A stretch of 55,179 bases of DNA. Origin: a virus. Lineage: Duplodnaviria; Caudoviricetes. Below, in pieces: positions 49,725-55,179 of the stretch (positions are counted from its first letter, which is position 1; each line of letters starts with the position of its first letter). The notes beneath the pieces are model-generated. The model was given only the letters and a program-made list of their open reading frames with translations, searched no databases and was not told the origin of the DNA. Both the position numbers and the translations under genes were made by a program. The stretch lies in the IMG/VR virus record IMGVR_UViG_3300046734_000050, positions 1 to 55,179 of that record; one strand, written 5' to 3'.

Positions 49725-50327
49725 TTAAGCTACCTTCTTAAGGTTATCTTCTTCTAAAAGAGCTAATTGCTCTTTAAGGGCTTTGATGAAGTCACTCTTT
49801 GAGATACCATTGGTATCACAAGCTAGTATAGCTTCAAAAGCTACATCAGAAGCTGAAAGCTTCTTTTGAACCTTCGGTTCTTCTTTGACAGACTGTCCAA
49901 CATTGGACTCTTCAGAAGAAGTATCTTCTGTAGTTTGAGACTCTGTCTCATCTTGAACCTTTGGTTCATCTTTTGGCTTATTAGCCAAGCTGTAAGCTCT
50001 TTGCAGAGCAGTTAAAGAGGTAAACCTCTTCTTAGGGTTTTGGTTTAACCAAGTGACTATGTCACTATGATTGGAGAATAACCATAAAGCTTCGCTTTTT
50101 CTTCTTCTATCGATGGAATTAATTCCATACTTTAAGGCTAAAGCCTTACTAATAATCTTAACATTTTCAATGGTTAAGATTTCAGACTGTAGCTTTCCAA
50201 GCTCAAAGTCAAAACTCTCCTTGCTGAAAACCATCTTTGTAGTTTTCACTTTCAAAGCCTTTTGCTCTTTGTTGTAGATTTTAGTTAAGTTTGAACCGAT
50301 TGACTGAAGTGTTGAAATGTTAGTCAT
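49725..50327 (-). CDS. First early gene; candidate DNA-binding protein containing one 14-bp site
   Basis: 200 aa; FELGKL...GINSIDRRRKSEALWLFSN helical basic segment; acidic linker with ESNVGQ encoded by the palindrome. Confidence 0.8.
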   Translation of the reverse strand: MTNISTLQSIGSNLTKIYNKEQKALKVKTTKMVFSKESFDFELGKLQSEILTIENVKIISKALALKYGINSIDRRRKSEALWLFSNHSDIVTWLNQNPKKRFTSLTALQRAYSLANKPKDEPKVQDETESQTTEDTSSEESNVGQSVKEEPKVQKKLSASDVAFEAILACDTNGISKSDFIKALKEQLALLEEDNLKKVA

Positions 50328-50398
50328 ATGTTTTCTCCTAAGTTATATTAATTAAATTTAAACACCTTTCGTAAGAACTCAAGGTGCTTTAAATTTAA

Positions 50399-50427
50399 TA
50401 TATAACTAAATGGTTTCGGTTTGTCAA
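50399..50427 (-). promoter_or_regulatory. Sigma70-like early promoter
   Basis: Minus strand TTGACA-N17-TATATA upstream of the first early gene. Confidence 0.75.
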
Positions 50428-50562
50428 GCCATCAATAGACTTTGTCGAAGTAAGTATCGACATTGTTTTTTTAAGAAGACTTCAACAGTCCAACATTGGA
50501 CACTTAACTTACTACCACTAGGGTAGTAAAAAAGCCATACTCCTCCACTCCGTACTACCTCT

Positions 50563-50890
50563 TGTTGCAAAAATGTCACACTTCTCATCGAAGATGAATA
50601 GGAAACTGATAGTAAATGAGTTGTTTACTTAGAATAAGTACTTGATTTTACTACATTTTATATGCTTTAGCATATAGAGCTTGGGAAGAAGTCTTCAATT
50701 CTATCAGAAAAGACTCTTTGAGATGAGAACTCTAGCCAATCCCTAGCCCTCGGCAGGGGTCAGTGGGGGGTAGGGGTTATATATATATACAGAAATACAC
50801 AGATTAGGAAAACTAAGTGTTAACTACAATAGAAACTGTACAAACATATACACACAAGCACACACAAATAAGTGTTGCATTTATATCACA
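50563..50890. promoter_or_regulatory. Two 18-bp imperfect palindromes TGTTGCA-N4-T(G/A)TCACA
   Basis: 50563-50580 and 50873-50890; the second overlaps a -35 box. Confidence 0.55.
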
Positions 50891-50903
50891 CGCATGTTAT
50901 AAT
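50875..50903 (+). promoter_or_regulatory. Sigma70-like promoter with extended -10
   Basis: TTGCAT-N17-TATAAT with TG-n before the -10. Confidence 0.65.
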
Positions 50904-50928
50904 CGTACATGCCTAAAAATAATTGGGG

Positions 50929-50957
50929 TTGACAAGTATCGTGATTGATGGTATAAC
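50929..50957 (+). promoter_or_regulatory. Sigma70-like promoter
   Basis: TTGACA-N17-TATAAC. Confidence 0.75.
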
Positions 50958-50976
50958 TTAGGGCATAATCAACACA

Positions 50977-51049
50977 CACTTATAATGTAACACTTAAATG
51001 TTTATTACTTATTCTTGTTAAATTCACTTATATGTAACACTTAAATGTA
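50977..51049 (+). repeat. Four iteron-like CACTTA(T/A)(A)ATGT units in two pairs
   Basis: 50977, 50991, 51025 and 51038. Confidence 0.8.
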
Positions 51050-51106
51050 CACATAAGTAATCCTCCCTAATAAATATATCCGTAATAAATAAAAAGTTGC
51101 TTGACA

Positions 51107-51319
51107 ATGAAACGAAAATCAGTAAAACTATATACACCAGAGAATATGTTAGAAGCATTTTATGATGCTATCCGTAATAACAAACTAAAAGAATTGCACA
51201 TTCCCCATAGTTCCGTATTTTATGTACGTGCTGCTATTGAAGCCGACACTGGAGTGCGATACACTCTGAAACATGTAGAGACTGCAATGAAGGCAGAAGG
51301 GATGTTAAATGATGTTTGA
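51107..51319 (+). CDS. Hypothetical protein
   Basis: First ORF of the plus arm; LHIPHSSVFYVRAAIE; start uncertain. Confidence 0.65.
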   Translation: MKRKSVKLYTPENMLEAFYDAIRNNKLKELHIPHSSVFYVRAAIEADTGVRYTLKHVETAMKAEGMLNDV

Positions 51320-51509
51320 AGCATTTGTATTTATTTGTATGTTGAAAGACCCAACGAACTGTCAGACATTACAAGATACACAAGGACCATACCAAAAAGA
51401 ATCACAGTGCGTAAAGAGAGCATATCAGATAGCTGTAGAGTTACCTGAGTGGATGCCTGAGTATGTTGCTCTTCGGTACAAATGTGATAATAAAGGACAA
51501 GGCGTATGA
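51309..51509 (+). CDS. Small Cys-containing, possibly exported protein
   Basis: Hydrophobic N-terminus; C...C...GPY...C...C spacing. Confidence 0.65.
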   Translation: MMFEAFVFICMLKDPTNCQTLQDTQGPYQKESQCVKRAYQIAVELPEWMPEYVALRYKCDNKGQGV

Positions 51510-51781
51510 CTGTAGAAAAATCAGGTGAGAAGTTTTCAGGTTATAACAAACCTAAACGTACCCCTAAACATCCTAAGAAGTCACATGCCGTATTAGCCAA
51601 GGAAGGCGATAAAATTAGATTAATACGCTTTGGTCAGCAAGGCGTTAAAGGTGCTGGTAAAAATCCTACCACAGCGAAGGATAAGGCACGTAAGAAGAGT
51701 TATTATGCTAGACATAATGCTCAAGGCAAACCAACTTCAAAGTTATCAGCGAAGTACTGGTCGCATAAGGTAAAATGGTAG
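51506..51781 (+). CDS. Small basic conserved phage protein
   Basis: YNKPKRTP...LIRFGQQG...KSYYARH...SAKYWS. Confidence 0.8.
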   Translation: MTVEKSGEKFSGYNKPKRTPKHPKKSHAVLAKEGDKIRLIRFGQQGVKGAGKNPTTAKDKARKKSYYARHNAQGKPTSKLSAKYWSHKVKW

Positions 51782-51791
51782 GAGTAATACT

Positions 51792-52391
51792 ATGTCTGAA
51801 GACGTTATAAAAAAATATAAACAAAGATTAAAAAAAGATTTAGTGCAACCTAAGTCTAAAAAAGAAACAACTAAAAAAAAATCAAGCTTGACTAAGCCTA
51901 AAAGTTCTAAGCTAGGAACAGGTAGTAAAAGCAGTGGTTCAAAAAATCCTACTACTGTAAAAAATATAAAGGAAAAGAAAAGCATACTATCTGGAATGAA
52001 TTTTAAAGATATATTTAATACGTACATTGCAGGTTCTAAGACTAAAATTAAACCAAAGAAAAAAACAACATCAACTAAAACAAAAACGATGTCCGATAAA
52101 TATAAAACTCAAATGTCTAAAATAGCTAAAAATGAAAAAGGTGTCAAGTCTTCTCAAAATGACGCAAACAAATACTCTAAGTTAAAAAGTGACGCTACTA
52201 AAAAGCTAATGAATAAAAAGAAAAGCACAACCACTAAAAAGAAAACACCTATAGTAACTAAAGAGCAGTTAAGAAAATCAGGTCTAACCTTACGTGATTA
52301 CATGAATATGTTACAAGGTAAAACACGTAGAGATTATAAGGATGTTAAAAAAGCAGCCGTAAAGAAAAGAGCAAAAGGAGCAATCACATGA
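51792..52391 (+). CDS. Lys-rich basic protein
   Basis: 199 aa, very K/S/T-rich; GGAG RBS; VTKEQL..SGLTLRDYMN. Confidence 0.75.
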   Translation: MSEDVIKKYKQRLKKDLVQPKSKKETTKKKSSLTKPKSSKLGTGSKSSGSKNPTTVKNIKEKKSILSGMNFKDIFNTYIAGSKTKIKPKKKTTSTKTKTMSDKYKTQMSKIAKNEKGVKSSQNDANKYSKLKSDATKKLMNKKKSTTTKKKTPIVTKEQLRKSGLTLRDYMNMLQGKTRRDYKDVKKAAVKKRAKGAIT

Positions 52392-53149
52392 GTGCAAAAG
52401 CAAAATTAGCCGCTAATATATTAAAAGCTTTAGGTAAAAAAACTAGCAAGAAGAAAAAAGAGTTAGAAGCAAAGACTCTTAAAGAGTTAAAAAAAGAAGC
52501 AAAATTAGTTCAGGGTCATTCATCCGATAGAAAAACAAATTTTAAAGATGCACGTAAAAAAACAGATAACAAAAAAGTTACTGAAACTTTAAAAAAAGAA
52601 CAGAAAAGACAATTAAACGTTAACAAAAACCAAAAGTCAGGTGGAGGCGTAAATAAAATTGTAAGAGGTGATGAAAGTAAAGATGCTCTTAAAACTGCAC
52701 CTATGACACAAAAAGAACTAAAAGCACAAGGTGCAGTAAGTGGACCTTCTTCTATGGCATTTATGGCTGCTATTAAAGGTAAAGCAAAAGCCTTAGCTGA
52801 ACAAGTACAAAAGAAAAAGAAGCTGTATGATAATTTATCTGCCTCAGATAAAAAAGGAGAAAAAGGACAGCTACTACAAAATGCTATTAAAGATATGCAG
52901 AAGAAACTAAAAGGTCAAGTACCTATTCGTACTTTACGAGACGCAAATCTTTTAAATAAAGGTGGATTAGCTACGCCTAAGCCTAATCAAACAGGATTAA
53001 AGAAACTACCTACTACTGTACGTAACAAGATGGGTTACATGTATGGTGGTGGAATAGCTAAGAAAAAGAAAACAGGAAGTATGGACTACCGTAAGGGTGG
53101 ACTTGTAATAATGATAGGCATGGGTAAACCTAAGAAAGGAACAAAATAA
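52388..53149 (+). CDS. Lys-rich basic protein with KGG motifs
   Basis: 253 aa; LNKGGL, GLKKLP..VRNKMGYMYGGG, DYRKGGL. Confidence 0.75.
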   Translation: MSAKAKLAANILKALGKKTSKKKKELEAKTLKELKKEAKLVQGHSSDRKTNFKDARKKTDNKKVTETLKKEQKRQLNVNKNQKSGGGVNKIVRGDESKDALKTAPMTQKELKAQGAVSGPSSMAFMAAIKGKAKALAEQVQKKKKLYDNLSASDKKGEKGQLLQNAIKDMQKKLKGQVPIRTLRDANLLNKGGLATPKPNQTGLKKLPTTVRNKMGYMYGGGIAKKKKTGSMDYRKGGLVIMIGMGKPKKGTK

Positions 53150-53442
53150 TGGCTATGGATGCGAAAAAAGGAATGACTGATGCACAGATAATGAAACAGA
53201 TTATCAAAGATGCAACTAAAGGTCTAAAGGGTGAAGAAAAACAAAAGGTAATTAGAGACTTATTTGTTAAAGTTATGCCAAAACCAAAAGGCATGACAAA
53301 CAAAAAGAAAACAACCATGACTACTAAAAAAATGACAGCAGCTAAAGGTGGTATGGCTAAGAAAACTAAGTACATGGCTAAGGGTGGTGCAACTAAAAAG
53401 ACTAAGTACATGGCTAAGGGTGGAGCTGCTAAAAAGAAGTAA
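53149..53442 (+). CDS. Basic protein with tandem AKGG repeats
   Basis: AAKGGMAKKTKY-MAKGGATKKTKY-MAKGGAAKKK; 36-bp period in the DNA. Confidence 0.75.
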   Translation: MAMDAKKGMTDAQIMKQIIKDATKGLKGEEKQKVIRDLFVKVMPKPKGMTNKKKTTMTTKKMTAAKGGMAKKTKYMAKGGATKKTKYMAKGGAAKKK

Positions 53443-54146
53443 TGTCTTATCTGATAAGTAACGTACCACATTTTAAATGTTGGGTACGTAGGGAGTTCAC
53501 ATGTAATCATCTGGACTACCACGGAGAATATCTCCACGCATTAGCGTTTGCCGTGAATACCATACCTGACAGGTCATTAAGTTTTCAGGTAGTCTTTACT
53601 GGAAGTACTGAAGAAGATAATGTACATGGTGGTGCTATGTGGGCTAGGATGCCAATACAAGCACTTGTAGCTGATATACCTGTAGATGAATGGGCAGAGC
53701 CAATGGAAGACCACTTGTGTCAACCTTGGGATTGTGAGTCTAGGCATCATAGTGTTATAGTAATGGACAGAGTAAGTTCTAGTCCATGGCTGTGTAAGAT
53801 AGACAATGAGTTCTACAAAGCTAAGTATATGTTTACAGTGGACTATACTGACAGTGATATAGCAGATGACCCTGCACAGCATAAACAATCACACGTAATG
53901 TATTTGATTGATGCAGGTAAATGGACAGGTAACATTGTAGCCTTACCGAATAACAGAGTAAGAGCCACAAGTCCTGCTTTATGGGTTACAGGTGAAGGTG
54001 CTCCTGATTTTACACCATCACAGTGGACACACTCAGCAGAGTCACATGAGTCTTACTTAGACCCATATACTACATTTAATAATCTTTATGAGGATAGAGA
54101 TGGCAATAAAAAAAGCAAAAGCAACAATAAAAAAAGTAGCAAGTAA
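53442..54146 (+). CDS. Conserved hypothetical protein
   Basis: 234 aa; VHGGAMWARMPI, QPWDC, DDPAQHKQSH, ALPNNRVR. Confidence 0.8.
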   Translation: MSYLISNVPHFKCWVRREFTCNHLDYHGEYLHALAFAVNTIPDRSLSFQVVFTGSTEEDNVHGGAMWARMPIQALVADIPVDEWAEPMEDHLCQPWDCESRHHSVIVMDRVSSSPWLCKIDNEFYKAKYMFTVDYTDSDIADDPAQHKQSHVMYLIDAGKWTGNIVALPNNRVRATSPALWVTGEGAPDFTPSQWTHSAESHESYLDPYTTFNNLYEDRDGNKKSKSNNKKSSK

Positions 54147-54387
54147 ATTAAAGAAAGCTAGTAAAGCACATGCAGGTCAGGCAAAGGCTTTATCTAAAAT
54201 TAAGTTAAGTAAAGGCGGGAGTACAGTAAACAGTGCTGGGAATTATACTAAACCATCCATGCGTAAGCGATTATTTAGCCAAATCAAGTCGGGTGGTTCA
54301 GGCGGTGCACCCGGTCAATGGTCTGCAAGAAAAGCCCAAATGCTTGCCAAACAATATAAAGCTAAAGGCGGTGGATATAGAAGCTGA
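54100..54387 (+). CDS. Basic conserved protein
   Basis: NYTKPSMRKRL...GQWSARKAQMLAKQYKAKGGGY. Confidence 0.8.
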   Translation: MAIKKAKATIKKVASKLKKASKAHAGQAKALSKIKLSKGGSTVNSAGNYTKPSMRKRLFSQIKSGGSGGAPGQWSARKAQMLAKQYKAKGGGYRS

Positions 54388-54692
54388 TGAAGAAGAAGAA
54401 GGCAGACCCTAAAGTTGGCACAGGTAAAAAACCAAAGGGCAGTGACAGAAGACTGTATACGGATGAAAATCCTAAAGACACAGTTAGTATCAAGTTTGCC
54501 ACAGTCGCAGATGCCAAAGCAACCATTGCAAAAGTTAAGAGAATTAATAAACCGTTTGCGAGAAAGATACAGATACTTACAGTCCTTGAACAACGAGCCA
54601 AAGTATCTGGGAAGAAAGAGCAAGCAAGACTTGCAAGAATAGCAAAAGAGCAATTAAGAAAGAAACACGAAAATGATAAAAGAAAAGTGTGA
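54387..54692 (+). CDS. Basic conserved protein
   Basis: DPKVGTGKKPKGSDRRLYTDENPKDTV. Confidence 0.8.
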   Translation: MKKKKADPKVGTGKKPKGSDRRLYTDENPKDTVSIKFATVADAKATIAKVKRINKPFARKIQILTVLEQRAKVSGKKEQARLARIAKEQLRKKHENDKRKV

Positions 54693-54786
54693 TACATGCG
54701 AATGTTACGAATGTGACTGCGAAGAATGTAATTGTGAATGTCACATAGAAAAAAAGAATGAGGAGGTACAAGGAGTACCTGTATAA
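54673..54786 (+). CDS. Metallothionein-like Cys-rich microprotein (not in ORF track)
   Basis: MIKEKCDTCECYECDCEECNCECHIEKKNEEVQGVPV: 8 Cys in 18 residues; fills the gap between genes. Confidence 0.6.
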   Translation: MIKEKCDTCECYECDCEECNCECHIEKKNEEVQGVPV

Positions 54787-54790
54787 ATAA

Positions 54791-54973
54791 ATGATTGAGT
54801 TTGTGCTTGTGTTTATGATGGGATTAAGAGTAGTAGACCAAACACAAACCTTCCAAGATATAGATAGATGTTTATACTTTGCAGAGAGACTGCACAACCA
54901 ACCTTCAATACCACAAAAGGAAGGAGCTAATTTAGAGATAACAGCATACTGTAAACCTATAAGGAAAAAATAA
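54791..54973 (+). CDS. Small protein with hydrophobic N-terminus and two Cys
   Basis: MIEFVLVFMMG...CLYFA...AYCKP. Confidence 0.7.
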   Translation: MIEFVLVFMMGLRVVDQTQTFQDIDRCLYFAERLHNQPSIPQKEGANLEITAYCKPIRKK

Positions 54974-55179
54974 AATGTTAGCAGAACTAGCCGCAGCTAA
55001 CGCTGCTTTCAGTGTCATAAAACAATTTGTGTCCAACGGTAAAGAACTGAGTGGCTGTGCAAAACATATAAGCGATTTTGTATTCTCTAAAGAAGCAATA
55101 GAGAAGAACCTAAAGAAAAAGAAAGCTAAAGGGGTAGGAGGTACAGACTTAGAAGAGTTCATGGCTCTTGAGCAGATAA
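54914..55179 (+). repeat. Terminal direct repeat / circular overlap, copy 2
   Basis: Repeats 1-266 and includes the truncated start of the 62..505 gene at 54975. Confidence 0.97.

Larger units (their letters stand above)
47362..50407 (-). repeat. Five AT-rich hairpin elements upstream of early-gene RBSs
   Basis: 47362-47403, 48177-48218, 49085-49126, 49640-49679, 50341-50407; stems of 14 bp or more, four with a 12-nt loop. Confidence 0.9.
47170..50501. repeat. Six perfect copies of the 14-bp palindrome GTCCAACATTGGAC
   Basis: 47170-47183, 48745-48758, 49055-49068, 49407-49420, 49895-49908, 50488-50501. Confidence 0.97.
1..54913. mobile_element. Complete podovirus genome, HMO-2011-type (likely marine alphaproteobacterial host)
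   Basis: End overlap closes a circle. Full set of TerL, portal, capsid, tail and replication genes. PolA with CxxCxGxG insertion plus integrase-primase-helicase-polymerase order. No RNA polymerase and no host genes. Confidence 0.9.

Noticed and set aside
47362-50407. Hairpins as integron attC sites or hammerhead ribozymes
   Set aside because: No RYYYAAC...GTTRRRY ends in the right order, no IntI-specific features that I could see in the integrase, and no CUGANGA core
47170-50501. Palindrome repeats as a CRISPR or mini-CRISPR array
   Set aside because: Only 14 bp, irregular spacing of 310-1575 bp, whole genes in between, and no cas operon; the Cas4-like nuclease sits in the replication module
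50509-50533. TTACTACC-actag-GGTAGTAA hairpin as a terminator
   Set aside because: No U-tract follows the stem on either strand, so it is left unassigned
1-55179. tRNA genes, phage RNA polymerase, introns/inteins, alternative genetic code
   Set aside because: No cloverleaf or T-loop signature noticed (tRNAscan-SE would be decisive); no RNAP-sized ORF with its motifs; TerL, PolA and RNR are uninterrupted under the standard code

Overview
The window is an apparently complete, circularly permuted genome of a marine podovirus. The unit length is about 54,913 bp, and bases 1-266 recur at 54914-55179 with 5 synonymous mismatches. The gene set matches HMO-2011-type phages of marine Alphaproteobacteria (inferred from the genes, not from a database search): a family A DNA polymerase with a DnaJ-type zinc-finger insertion, a tyrosine integrase beside separate primase and helicase genes, class II RNR, MazG, no phage RNA polymerase, and sigma70 promoters. 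The plus strand (51.1 kb round to 30.4 kb) carries basic proteins, lysis, terminase, portal, scaffold, capsid, tail, four fibres and internal virion proteins. The minus strand (50.3 kb down to 30.4 kb) carries early genes, a C5 methyltransferase, the integrase, and replication and nucleotide metabolism genes. The most striking unexplained signal is in the early region (47.1-50.5 kb), where two repeat families interleave. One is six perfect copies of the 14-bp palindrome GTCCAA-CA-TTGGAC, two of them inside coding sequence, including the first early gene, a candidate DNA-binding protein. The other is five AT-rich hairpins with covarying stems (four with a conserved 12-nt loop), each just upstream of an early-gene RBS. 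Other signals: apparent GATC and CCWGG avoidance, structured leaders on the scaffold and capsid genes, a recurring x-x-GG motif across basic and virion proteins, nucleotide-identical repeats in a tail fibre, and several small ORFs missed by the ORF track.
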